Assembly: GCA_934089255.1 (NCBI GenBank)
Contig: CAKOJI010000001.1
Location: 14,572-78,571, forward strand
Direction of reading: 5' to 3'
Length of the DNA stretch: 64,000 nt
Source of the DNA: an uncultured Bacilli bacterium
GTDB lineage: Bacteria; Bacillota_I; Bacilli_A; RF39; UBA660
Of this stretch, positions 10,431-20,086 are shown one piece after another. The notes below the pieces were generated by a model. It made no database searches. It had not been told where the DNA came from and was given only the letters and a program-made list of their open reading frames with translations. A program made the translations under genes and the position numbers. Positions within the stretch are counted from its first letter, which is position 1. Each line of letters starts with the position of its first letter.

Positions 10431-10781
10431 ATGGAAAATATTAAAAAAGTAAAGGAATATGATGTAAGAATTATCGCTTCTATTATTGAAAATGCATTTT
10501 TATGTAATAATGAAAATGAAATATTTAATTGTGCAAAAGATATTATTAATGAAGAGGTAGATATTTTAAATTATAGAGAAAAGAGTACTAAAGTTATAGA
10601 GGAAATCAAAAGACAATGTCCTTACATAAAAAGAATAACACCATATCCAATGGACAATTTAAATTCAGCTTTAATTAATGAAGTATGTAATTTTTATATA
10701 AAAAGCTACGGGGAAACAATATTTTTAAAAGTTTATCCAATAAAAAGAAAAAAATTGATTCCATTTCATTTTAAATACTAG
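10431..10781 (+). CDS. hypothetical protein (116 aa)
   Basis: ORF with GGAGGG RBS directly after hemW. Confidence 0.4.
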   Translation: MENIKKVKEYDVRIIASIIENAFLCNNENEIFNCAKDIINEEVDILNYREKSTKVIEEIKRQCPYIKRITPYPMDNLNSALINEVCNFYIKSYGETIFLKVYPIKRKKLIPFHFKY

Positions 10782-10847
10782 TTTATAAAAAACTTGTATT
10801 TTTTTTTATATGTGATAAAATGATATTAGAATTTATAAAATAAGGAT

Positions 10848-12239
10848 GTGTTAATTTTGAAAAATTTTAAATATTTTTTAGTTGGTATTAGTTTATTTTC
10901 TCTGCCAATACTTGTTAATGCAGCAAGCATTACTTTAGAGGGAACGCCTGATGGAAATACTGCTATTTATGATGTAAAATATAATCCAGAAAGTAATCCT
11001 ACTGATACAATTAGTTTAAAAATAAATAAAACAAATGATGATTTAGTTTATGAATTAAAAAGTGATTACGGTACTTGTGATAAAAACTTAGAATGTACTT
11101 TAATTACTACAACTATAGAAAGTGAAGCAACACTTGCAAAATTAACTATAAAAAACAGTACTGCAGAAAGTAAAGAAACTACAATAACTGTAGGCGGAAC
11201 TATTTCAGGTGCAACAAAGACATTTACATTAAAAGCTGGACAAACAACAACAAAAGCATTAAAAGATACTACCGATGTATCCAACATAACATTTTCGGTT
11301 GGTACTTTAGATAAAACATTTAGTAAAGATGTTTCAGATTATACAGTAACTGGTATAAAAGATACAATTAATTCTGTTACTGTTACTCCAAATTGTACTA
11401 ATAACTGTAGTTGGTCTTTAAATAATCAAGAAAAAACACAAAGTGGTATAAGAGTTCCATTACAAACTGGTGCTAATGAAACTGAAATAAAAATATATGC
11501 TGAAAATGGTAATTTAGTTAAAACTTATAAATTTAATATTTATAGGGGTGAAATTACCACTAGTTCTGCATACTTAGAATCAATAAAAATAAAAGATGGT
11601 GTAATAAGTCCAACTTTTAGTTCAATGGTAAACGATTATACAGCTAAAATAAAGTTTAAAAAGAATGAAAAATTAAATAAATTAGATATTACAACTGTTA
11701 CTGAAGATCCAACTGCTAAAGTAGAAATAAAGGGTAATGAAAATTTAAAAGAAGGAGAAAATACTATTACTATAACAGTAACAAGTAGTGATGGCGAAAA
11801 TAAACAAGTTTATACAATTATTGCAACATTAGAAGAAGAAAAAGAAGATATAAAAAAAGTTACTACTAATAAAGTTGCAAAGAAAAAAAATAATACTTGG
11901 TTAATTATATTATTATCTGTATTAGGTTTAGGTGTAATTATAACTTCATTTATACTAATCTTTAAAAAGAAAAAGAATAAAAATAAAGATAATAACCATA
12001 AAGATGATAATAATGGTATAAAAGAAACTAAAGAAGAAGAAAATATACAAGATGAGTCTCAAGAAGATGATCTATTAGATATGGAAATGTCTGATATAGA
12101 AAAAGAAAATACAGATACTCTAAGAATATTAGAAAAAACTAAGCAAGAATTAAGAGAAGAGCCAAAACAAGACGTTGATGAAGCTTTAGATGATTTAATG
12201 AAAACTAAAAAGTTAGAACTTGGAGATTTAGACTTTTAA
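10848..12239 (+). CDS. secreted type I membrane protein with cadherin-like beta-sandwich repeats and an acidic cytoplasmic tail
   Basis: Signal peptide ...SLPILVNA|AS. Repeats such as SAYLESIKIKDGVISPTFSSMVNDYTAKI resemble cadherin-like beta-sandwich domains. TM WLIILLSVLGLGVIITSFILIF followed by KKKKNKNK and a D/E-rich tail. Start may be TTG 10857 (AAGGA RBS) rather than GTG 10848. Confidence 0.6.
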   Translation: MLILKNFKYFLVGISLFSLPILVNAASITLEGTPDGNTAIYDVKYNPESNPTDTISLKINKTNDDLVYELKSDYGTCDKNLECTLITTTIESEATLAKLTIKNSTAESKETTITVGGTISGATKTFTLKAGQTTTKALKDTTDVSNITFSVGTLDKTFSKDVSDYTVTGIKDTINSVTVTPNCTNNCSWSLNNQEKTQSGIRVPLQTGANETEIKIYAENGNLVKTYKFNIYRGEITTSSAYLESIKIKDGVISPTFSSMVNDYTAKIKFKKNEKLNKLDITTVTEDPTAKVEIKGNENLKEGENTITITVTSSDGENKQVYTIIATLEEEKEDIKKVTTNKVAKKKNNTWLIILLSVLGLGVIITSFILIFKKKKNKNKDNNHKDDNNGIKETKEEENIQDESQEDDLLDMEMSDIEKENTDTLRILEKTKQELREEPKQDVDEALDDLMKTKKLELGDLDF

Positions 12240-12243
12240 GATA

Positions 12244-12276
12244 ATCACCTGAATATAATTATTTAGGTGATTTTTT
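12244..12276 (+). terminator. rho-independent terminator
   Basis: ATCACCTGAATATAATTATTTAGGTGAT hairpin + TTTTTT. Confidence 0.55.
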
Positions 12277-12909
12277 ATGCATTTAATTGCTCACAGAGGA
12301 CTAACTAGTAAAGATATAAAAGAAAATACGTTAGAAGCATTTAAAAATGCTATTAATAATGGATACTTAGGTATAGAATTAGATATAAGAAAAACTAAAG
12401 ATAATAAAATAGTTGTAATTCATGATAAATATATTAATAGAACTAGTAATGGTAGTGGTAATATAAATAAATTATTATATAAAGAATTATTAAAATACAA
12501 TTTTGGTTCTAAGAAAAAACATTCTAAAATACCTCTTTTAAAAGATATAGTAAAAAATATTAATAATACTAATATATTTATTGAATTAAAAGAAAAAATA
12601 AATAGAGATGAATTAGATAGTATATTAAAAAAAAATAATACTAATAAATATTATATAATGAGTTTTAATAAAGAATATATAGATAATTTATTAGGTATAG
12701 AATATAATTTAGGTTTAATAAATTATGTTTTTAATAGTATTATAGATTATAATAAATATAATTTTATATTAGTATTAGAAGATTTATTTAATAAAGATAT
12801 ATATAATTATTTTAAAGAAAAAAATATAGAAATTATACTATATAATTTAAGAGGGAATATTAATATTAAAAATAAAGATATTATTAATGAAATAAAGTAT
12901 ATTATTTAA
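12277..12909 (+). CDS. glycerophosphodiester phosphodiesterase family protein
   Basis: MHLIAHRGLTSKDIKENTLEAFKNAINNGYLGIELDIRKTKDNKIVVIHD is the GDPD catalytic N-terminus (HR..E.D..H). Confidence 0.75.
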   Translation: MHLIAHRGLTSKDIKENTLEAFKNAINNGYLGIELDIRKTKDNKIVVIHDKYINRTSNGSGNINKLLYKELLKYNFGSKKKHSKIPLLKDIVKNINNTNIFIELKEKINRDELDSILKKNNTNKYYIMSFNKEYIDNLLGIEYNLGLINYVFNSIIDYNKYNFILVLEDLFNKDIYNYFKEKNIEIILYNLRGNINIKNKDIINEIKYII

Positions 12910-12995
12910 ATAAAAGTGCAAAAAAACTAGATAATTATTGCACATAAATAAATTTCTTGCTATAATAATTTAGGAAATGAAGGGAGGGAAAGTAA

Positions 12996-13184
12996 ATGAC
13001 TAAAGTAGAAGTAAGAAATGGTAATGTAGATAGTGCTTTAAAAAGATTTAAAATTAAAGTTGCAAAAAGCGGAGTCCCTTCTGAATTGAAAAAACACAAA
13101 GAATATAAAAAACCAGGCGTTAAGAGACGTGAAGCTAAAAAAGAAATGATTAAAAATTCACGTAAGAGAAATAAAAATAGATAA
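12996..13184 (+). CDS. rpsU: 30S ribosomal protein S21
   Basis: MTKVEVRNGNVDSALKRFKIKVAKSGVPSELKKHKEYKKPGVKRREAKKE; GGGAGGG RBS. Confidence 0.9.
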   Translation: MTKVEVRNGNVDSALKRFKIKVAKSGVPSELKKHKEYKKPGVKRREAKKEMIKNSRKRNKNR

Positions 13185-13187
13185 TTA

Positions 13188-13210
13188 AAGTGCTTTCGTT
13201 AGCACTTTTT
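13188..13210 (+). terminator. rho-independent terminator after rpsU
   Basis: AAAGTGCTTTCGTTAGCACTTTTT. Confidence 0.6.
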
Positions 13211-13231
13211 ATATAAAGAAAGAGGGATAAT

Positions 13232-13675
13232 ATGTTTGATAAAATTAAAAAAGATTTAATGACTGCTATGAAAGAACAAGATAAATTTAAATTATCAGTA
13301 TTACGTATGCTAAAAAGTGCATTACAAGCTGAAGAGATAAGTAAGAAAAGTGAATTAACTGACGATGAAGTTTTAAATATAATAAAAAAACAAGTTAAAG
13401 TTAGAAATGCTTCTTTAGAAGAATATAAAGAATATGGTAGATACGACTTAGCTAATGATTTAGCTCAAGAAATAGAGATACTAAAATCATATTTGCCAGA
13501 AGAATTATCTAATGAAGAATTAATTAGAATTATTGATGAACAATTTAATATAATTAATCCTACAAGCATAAAAGATATGGGTAAAGTTATTAAAGCCATA
13601 TCAAATGTTGTTGGTACTCGTGCTGATATGGGTGTAGTTAGTAAAATAGTAAAAGAAAAAATTAATAATTTATAA
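13232..13675 (+). CDS. yqeY: GatB/YqeY domain protein
   Basis: MFDKIKKDLMTAMKEQDKFKLSVLRMLKSALQAEEI... matches the YqeY family and the typical rpsU-yqeY context. Confidence 0.8.
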   Translation: MFDKIKKDLMTAMKEQDKFKLSVLRMLKSALQAEEISKKSELTDDEVLNIIKKQVKVRNASLEEYKEYGRYDLANDLAQEIEILKSYLPEELSNEELIRIIDEQFNIINPTSIKDMGKVIKAISNVVGTRADMGVVSKIVKEKINNL

Positions 13676-13693
13676 AATTATTATAGGGTTAGT

Positions 13694-13978
13694 ATGAAAG
13701 AAAAATTCAAAAAAATATTAAACGATTTTGAAATCTATAAAACATATAATGATAATAATAATAATATGAATGAATATTATAGTTGGTATGATTTAAAAAT
13801 ATATTTAGTTGATGACTTTGTTGTTATTAAATCAACTAATGGTTTAAATTTAATATTAGATAAAACAAGTTATTTAAAATGTTTTATAGAAGAATATAGG
13901 TATTTTCAGTTGGAAAAAGAAAATATTATTGAAAAAGATATTGAAAAAATTTATAACTTAAAAAGTGAACAAAAATAA
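13694..13978 (+). CDS. hypothetical protein (94 aa)
   Basis: ORF only. Confidence 0.35.
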   Translation: MKEKFKKILNDFEIYKTYNDNNNNMNEYYSWYDLKIYLVDDFVVIKSTNGLNLILDKTSYLKCFIEEYRYFQLEKENIIEKDIEKIYNLKSEQK

Positions 13979-13992
13979 ATGTTCACTTTTAT

Positions 13993-14105
13993 TAATTTAT
14001 AAAATAAATTAATAGACTTGCTATCATACTACCCACCATAGCAATTAACATAACCCATACTAGTATTTTAGCAGCAATATTTTTATTCTTTTTATTTTTA
14101 GCCAT
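13993..14105 (-). CDS. small hydrophobic protein (37 aa) with strong RBS
   Basis: Reverse strand MAKNKKNKNIAAKILVWVMLIAMVGSMIASLLIYFIN. GAGGTGA RBS 5 nt upstream. Basic N-terminus plus one TM helix. Not in the ORF track (<60 aa). Confidence 0.45.
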
Positions 14106-14184
14106 TATTTCACCTCAACATATTAATTATACTAAATAATGAATAATAAATAAAGTATTTTAATAATATTAAATAGGTGAAATT

Positions 14185-14778
14185 ATGAAATATATTAAGG
14201 GTAGTTATATGAATCATAGTAAAGTATATAATATAATTTTTATAGGTATATCTCTAAGTATTACTCTAGGTTTAGTATTAGCATTATCTATAGATAAAAA
14301 TTTATCTAATAATATTTATAGTTATTTTATAGATCATATTAATAATTATAATTTAAATAAATTAAGTAATATATTATATCCAATAATAATATATTTTATT
14401 TTATTTATCATATCATTAACTATAATTGGCTCTTTTATGCCATTTTTAACGCTTTTTATAGAAAATATAAGTATAGGGTTAATATTAGGAATAAGTCTTA
14501 GAAATAATGGTTTAAATGGCTTATTATTTAGTATAATATATTTTACTATAACTAAATTATTATATATACTTTTATTAATATATTTAACTATTAATATATA
14601 TAAGTTTATAAAGAAAATAATTAATTTAATTAAAACAAAAGAAACAGATAATATATATAATTTATATTCAAAAATAATATATAAAACTTTATTTTGTATA
14701 GGACTAATAACTATATATAATATTATTAATATATTTATAGCACCTAAACTAATTAGATTCTTTATTTTTCTTATTTAA
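14185..14778 (+). CDS. polytopic membrane protein (possibly SpoIIM-like)
   Basis: 197 aa, ~5 hydrophobic segments. Size and topology are reminiscent of SpoIIM, but no diagnostic motif. Confidence 0.45.
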   Translation: MKYIKGSYMNHSKVYNIIFIGISLSITLGLVLALSIDKNLSNNIYSYFIDHINNYNLNKLSNILYPIIIYFILFIISLTIIGSFMPFLTLFIENISIGLILGISLRNNGLNGLLFSIIYFTITKLLYILLLIYLTINIYKFIKKIINLIKTKETDNIYNLYSKIIYKTLFCIGLITIYNIINIFIAPKLIRFFIFLI

Positions 14779-14805
14779 TTTGATACAATATTTTTGGTGA
14801 TTTAA

Positions 14806-15912
14806 ATGTCAAAAGTAGTAATTGGAATGAGTGGAGGAGTAGATTCTTCTGTTGCAGCTTATTTATTAAAACAACAAGGTTATGAAGTAATTGGTTTATT
14901 TATGCGTAATTGGGATAGTATGATTAATAATGATATTAATGGTAATCCTAATATAAATAATAACATATGTCCTCAAGAACAAGATTATAATGATGCGTTA
15001 GATGTATGTAATAAACTAGGAATAGAATTACATAGAATAGATTTTATAAAAGAATATTGGGATAACGTATTCACTTATTTTTTAAATGAACTTAAGCTAG
15101 GTAGAACTCCTAATCCTGATTTAATGTGTAATAAATATATTAAATTTGATTTATTTATTAAAGAAGCTAAAAGATTAGGAGCAGATTATATTGCAACTGG
15201 ACATTATGCTAAAATAGAAGGAAATAAGTTGTTAAGAGCAAAAGATTTAAATAAAGATCAAACTTATTTTTTAGCACAAGTTAGTAGTGAACACTTTAAA
15301 AACGTTATTTTTCCTTTAGGTGAAATAACAAAACCTGAAGTAAGAGAAATTGCATTACGTGAAAACTTAAGTATTGCTAAAAAGAAAGATTCTACTGGAA
15401 TATGTTTCATAGGTGAAAGAAATTATCAAAAATTTATACAAAATTATTTAAAACCAAATCCTGGTAATATTCTTGATGTTGATACCGGTAATGTTATAGG
15501 CCGTCATACTGGACTTATGAATTATACAATTGGTCAAAGAAGAAATGTTGGTATTAGTGGAAATCCAGAAAAACATTTTGTTGTTGGTAAAAATGTAAAA
15601 GAAAATATTTTGTATGTTGCTTTTGGTGATAATCCTAAAACACTATATAGCAACTCTTGCATAATCGATAACATTAACTTTATATCTTCAACTCATCCTA
15701 CTTTCTGTACTGCAAAATTTAGATATAGGGGTCCAGATTATGAAGTACAATTAGAATATCTTGATAACAACGAAATATTAGTAAAATATCCTGAAAAAGT
15801 TGCTGCAGTAACACCTGGACAAGCTTGCGTACTTTATTTAGGTAGAGAATGTTTAGGTAGTGGTATTATAAAAGAAGTTAGACTTGATGATAAAAAATTA
15901 TGGTATTTATAA
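14806..15912 (+). CDS. mnmA: tRNA-specific 2-thiouridylase
   Basis: MSKVVIGMSGGVDSSVAAYLLKQQGYEVIGLFMRNWD PP-loop plus conserved downstream blocks. Confidence 0.9.
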   Translation: MSKVVIGMSGGVDSSVAAYLLKQQGYEVIGLFMRNWDSMINNDINGNPNINNNICPQEQDYNDALDVCNKLGIELHRIDFIKEYWDNVFTYFLNELKLGRTPNPDLMCNKYIKFDLFIKEAKRLGADYIATGHYAKIEGNKLLRAKDLNKDQTYFLAQVSSEHFKNVIFPLGEITKPEVREIALRENLSIAKKKDSTGICFIGERNYQKFIQNYLKPNPGNILDVDTGNVIGRHTGLMNYTIGQRRNVGISGNPEKHFVVGKNVKENILYVAFGDNPKTLYSNSCIIDNINFISSTHPTFCTAKFRYRGPDYEVQLEYLDNNEILVKYPEKVAAVTPGQACVLYLGRECLGSGIIKEVRLDDKKLWYL

Positions 15913-16084
15913 ACAAAATATAATATAATTTCTATAGAAAGAGAAGATTTTTTATGGAAGATATCGAACACTAAAGTTCAGGAGATATTAATTTATCTTC
16001 TTTTTCTTTACTTTTACTTGACAAATTTATGTCTAATAAGTTACAATTATTATGTAAATATAGTTAAAGAGAGTAGGTTAATAT

Positions 16085-16852
16085 ATGGAAACTTTAAAAG
16101 AAATATTAAATAATTTAGGAATATCTAAAGTAAAATTAGCAAAGTATTTAGGTGTATCTAGACAAATGGTTTATAACTATTTAGAATTAGATAGTATTGA
16201 TAAATGGCCAAAAGAGAAAAAAATACTATTATTTAAATTATTAAATGTAGAAGATGGAGAAGAATCTACTTTAAAGAAAATTAAAATAAATGCAGATTAT
16301 ATGGAAATGGTAGAAAATAGATTAAAATCTAATAATAAAAATAATTCTTATGAATTAATAGATATTAAAGGATTAGATAAAAGATCTCAAGTATTATTAT
16401 CTGATTTTACATTTTTATTAAAAGAAAAATTAACTGAAGGTTATGGTGAAGAAAATTATTATATAATAGAGTACTTGTATCATTTACTTCAATCAGTTGA
16501 TAATATACCTGAATTTAAATATCTTTTAGGATACGTTAGTAAAGCAACTGGATTTACAAAACCTAATGAATTTAAATTTAATGAAGATAAACAATTTATG
16601 TTTGAAGGTATAATACACTCTGCTTTTACCTTATATAATAGTGGGGGAGCATCAAAGAGTAAAGTTATAGTTTCAAGAGATAGATTTGTTCAAGAAATTG
16701 AAGCTAGAAATGAAGAAAAATTATCTAGAACTCAACAATTAAATACAGTAAGAATTCAAGCTTTAAGAGAACTTGGATATGATGAAATTAATGCATCAAA
16801 TGCTGCTGAAGTATTTGAAAAAATTGCTGAAATACAAACACGTGGTGTTTAA
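16085..16852 (+). CDS. XRE-family HTH DNA-binding protein
   Basis: N-terminus LGISKVKLAKYLGVSRQMVYNYLE helix-turn-helix. Confidence 0.55.
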   Translation: METLKEILNNLGISKVKLAKYLGVSRQMVYNYLELDSIDKWPKEKKILLFKLLNVEDGEESTLKKIKINADYMEMVENRLKSNNKNNSYELIDIKGLDKRSQVLLSDFTFLLKEKLTEGYGEENYYIIEYLYHLLQSVDNIPEFKYLLGYVSKATGFTKPNEFKFNEDKQFMFEGIIHSAFTLYNSGGASKSKVIVSRDRFVQEIEARNEEKLSRTQQLNTVRIQALRELGYDEINASNAAEVFEKIAEIQTRGV

Positions 16853-16861
16853 TAAAGTAAG

Positions 16862-16905
16862 TCCCCTATCTTTATTTTAAAGAAGAATAGGGGTTCTATT
16901 TTTAT
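16862..16905 (+). terminator. rho-independent terminator
   Basis: CCCCTAT...ATAGGGG stem + TTCTATTTTT. Confidence 0.55.
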
Positions 16906-17255
16906 AAATATATATATATAATATTTAGTATTATTATACTTAGTATTATATTTATATTAATTAAAAAGATTACGTAGAAAAATAACACCCTATATTACAT
17001 ATAAAAAAGTAATTATTAAATAAAAATATTATTAGTATAAAATTAATATATAATAATAAATATGAAGATTTAAGTAATATAATATAACGTTAAACGTATA
17101 AATTCTTTATCTATTATGTTAAATTAAGAACTTCATATAATATATATTATGTTAACTTCTATATTTTAAATAAAAAGATGATTAGTTGATAATTAAAACT
17201 ACACCATCTTTTTTTATTTATAATTAATAAGTTTTATAACCTGTACAATATTAAA

Positions 17256-18011
17256 TTACATAACTGCTACACTTAATAGGAAAAATATAATACCTATAAT
17301 AAATCCTATATAAATATATTTATTATTTTTATTAGAATATTTTATTGATTCTTTTAAAATATCATTTATTGATAAACTTATCATTATACCAGCTACTAAA
17401 ATAAATATTAAATTTAATATAGTATCATTTACAAATTTGTATAAAAATAAATATGCAAGAATCGCACCTAACGGTTCAGATAAACCACTAATTAAAGTAG
17501 TTTTAATTGCCTTCCCTACTTTTAAAGTAGAGTAGTAGATTGGAACACCAATGCATATTCCTTCAGGTATATTGTGTAATGTTATTGCAACAGCAACTTT
17601 TAATCCAACTTTTAAATCATTAGTACTAGTTAGAAACGTTATAATTCCTTCTGGTATATTATGTAACATAAGTACTATAGCACTTATTATACCTAATTTA
17701 TAAAGACTACTCCCCTTCTCTTCTAATCTATTTATTATTTTATTTGAAATCTTAATTAAACTTATACCTAATAAAAATATTAAAATAGATATTAAAAAAC
17801 CTAATAATTTATATTTTAATAATAAGTAAAAAAAAGAATGTGGTATTAAATCAAAAATACTAATTAGCATCATTACAATAGCACTAAAACTTAAACTTAT
17901 ACTTAAGAATCTATTAACGTTTTTTACCTTAATAAATATAAATAAACATCCTAAGATAGTTGATAACCCTGCTAATGTACTTATTAAAAAAGCATAATAA
18001 AAATTATTCAT
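17256..18011 (-). CDS. zupT: ZIP-family zinc transporter
   Basis: Two HNIPEG motifs (LHNIPEGIITF, LHNIPEGICIG), 8 TM segments. Confidence 0.8.
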   Translation of the reverse strand: MNNFYYAFLISTLAGLSTILGCLFIFIKVKNVNRFLSISLSFSAIVMMLISIFDLIPHSFFYLLLKYKLLGFLISILIFLLGISLIKISNKIINRLEEKGSSLYKLGIISAIVLMLHNIPEGIITFLTSTNDLKVGLKVAVAITLHNIPEGICIGVPIYYSTLKVGKAIKTTLISGLSEPLGAILAYLFLYKFVNDTILNLIFILVAGIMISLSINDILKESIKYSNKNNKYIYIGFIIGIIFFLLSVAVM

Positions 18012-18043
18012 AATTAATCACAATAAATTATATGTTTTTATAG

Positions 18044-18697
18044 TTATTTTATTATCTTTTTTAACTTTTTAATATCTTCTACTTTATTTATATCTGTTTT
18101 ATAAAATTCTTCTAAATTATAAATTTTATTTTCTATTTCATTAATAATATCATCAATAGTTAAAATATTTTTTATTTCATAGTTAAGTGATAAATAATTT
18201 AAAATAATATATGCTATACTTAATATATTATATATTCTTAATGTTTCTTTATCTTTATATAAATATCCGTACTCACTAGTATCAATAACACTAATAACAT
18301 TTTTATTACTATCATACATAATATTTTCATCGTGTAAATCTAATATTCTTATATTATTTTCTGATAATATAAATATATCTCTTTCTAATTTTTTTAAAGC
18401 ATCTAATAAATTATCTATTAATATATTATCACTTAAATTTGCGAAAGAAATTCCAGTTTTTAATAACATAGTATGCCCTTTTAATCTATTTTTAATATAT
18501 ATATTTTCTATTGGAAATGCGAAATAATCAGTTTTTATTCTAGATAGAATATTAAATCTATCTTCGTCAAAAGCAGATAAATTAAGATAAAATATTTTTA
18601 AGGCAGTAAGTATGTCATATTTATATATTTGTGCAGTTGCACCACAACCAATTAAATCATAATTTTTTTCTATTTTACTTATGCTTTTAAAGTTCAT
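18044..18697 (-). CDS. protein-kinase-like fold protein (CotS/phosphotransferase-like)
   Basis: GCGATAQIYKY glycine-rich loop-like and LDLHDENIMYD catalytic-loop-like segments. Confidence 0.4.
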   Translation of the reverse strand: MNFKSISKIEKNYDLIGCGATAQIYKYDILTALKIFYLNLSAFDEDRFNILSRIKTDYFAFPIENIYIKNRLKGHTMLLKTGISFANLSDNILIDNLLDALKKLERDIFILSENNIRILDLHDENIMYDSNKNVISVIDTSEYGYLYKDKETLRIYNILSIAYIILNYLSLNYEIKNILTIDDIINEIENKIYNLEEFYKTDINKVEDIKKLKKIIK

Positions 18698-18781
18698 AAA
18701 ACACCACCATAATATTAGCCAAATATTACCATTATATATATTAGTTATAGTTACATAATAATAGTGGGAGGTAAATAATTT

Positions 18782-18895
18782 ATGGCTAAAAATTCTGCTA
18801 GAAATAAAGCTAGAGAAACTGAAAAAAATTCAAGTTGTAAAAACAGTGAAAGAGCAAAAAATAATGCTAGATGTTCTAAAAATAGTGCTCGTTAA
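18782..18895 (+). CDS. small basic protein (37 aa), possible spore protein
   Basis: GGGAGG RBS 8 nt before ATG. MAKNSARNKARETEKNSSCKNSERAKNNARCSKNSAR. Followed by a terminator hairpin. Confidence 0.45.
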   Translation: MAKNSARNKARETEKNSSCKNSERAKNNARCSKNSAR

Positions 18896-18916
18896 TTAAC
18901 TCTAGTTAAATTCCTA

Positions 18917-18952
18917 AAGAACTATTGATTTAATAATAGTTCTTTTATTTTT
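18917..18952 (+). terminator. rho-independent terminator
   Basis: AAGAACTATTGATTTAATAATAGTTCTT + TTATTTTTT. Confidence 0.55.
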
Positions 18953-18987
18953 TATAATATCATAAACATTCAAATTTGCAAGAAAAA

Positions 18988-19854
18988 CTAATTTCTAGGA
19001 AAATATTCCATATAATCACTTTTTAACTTTTGATTAGATAAATGAGTATATATTTGAGTAGTACTTATACTTTCATGGCCTAAAAATTCTTGTATAATTC
19101 TTAAATCTGCACCATTTTCTAACATATGAGTTGCAATACTATGTCTTAATGTATGAGGAGAAACATCTTTTTTTATATTAGCTTCTAACGTCCTTTTTTT
19201 TAACATTTTAAAAACGCCTTGCCTAGTCATTTTTTTACCATGATTATTTAAATAGACATAATTATTTTGTTCTTTTTTAACTAAACAATGTCTATAATCT
19301 TTTACATATATTTTTAAGTATTTAATTGCAGTATCGTTAATAGGGACAATTCTTTCTTTACTACCCTTCCCCATTATTCTAACAATACAATCGTTTAAAT
19401 CAATATTTTTAAATTCTAAATTTACAAGTTCACTTATTCTTAATCCTGTTGCATATAATAGTTCTAATAATGATTTATTTCTAGCGCTGAATGCATCTTT
19501 AATTTCAATATTTAATAATTTATCTATTTCATCTATAGTTAGATAAGTGGGTAAATGTTTTTTTAACTTAGGACTATCAATTAATAATATAGGATTTTCT
19601 TTTAACATTCCAATTTTTATATAATAATTATAAAATGTTTTAAAACTACTTAGGTAATTGCTAATACTACTTGATTCTAAATTTAAACTAGAAATAAAAT
19701 GCTCTATATCTTTGCTACTTAATTTTAATAAATCTTTATTTATATTATTTGATAAAATACTTAAATTATTTTGATAAGTATTAATAGTATTTTTAGAATA
19801 ATTTAAATCCATTTCTAAATATAATAAAAAATCATTTATATAATTGTCATTCAT
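18988..19854 (-). CDS. tyrosine recombinase XerC/XerD family
   Basis: C-terminal HTLRHSIATHMLENGADLRIIQEFLGHESISTTQIYTHL (R-H-R-Y catalytic core), 288 aa. Confidence 0.8.
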   Translation of the reverse strand: MNDNYINDFLLYLEMDLNYSKNTINTYQNNLSILSNNINKDLLKLSSKDIEHFISSLNLESSSISNYLSSFKTFYNYYIKIGMLKENPILLIDSPKLKKHLPTYLTIDEIDKLLNIEIKDAFSARNKSLLELLYATGLRISELVNLEFKNIDLNDCIVRIMGKGSKERIVPINDTAIKYLKIYVKDYRHCLVKKEQNNYVYLNNHGKKMTRQGVFKMLKKRTLEANIKKDVSPHTLRHSIATHMLENGADLRIIQEFLGHESISTTQIYTHLSNQKLKSDYMEYFPRN

Positions 19855-20086
19855 AGTATCATCTTCTTTAACTTATTAAAATTATACCAAATGACTTTCT
19901 TTTAAACAAGATATTGGACAATATTATTATTCAAACAAAAAAATATAAAACAATCATCATTAAAGATTTAAATACCTGTGAATTACTTTTATTATACATA
20001 GAAGTCTGATAATTTTACATAAACATAAATAAATGAATGACTTTTAATAATAAAATTGATAAAATAAATATAGAAAGTGTGATTAT

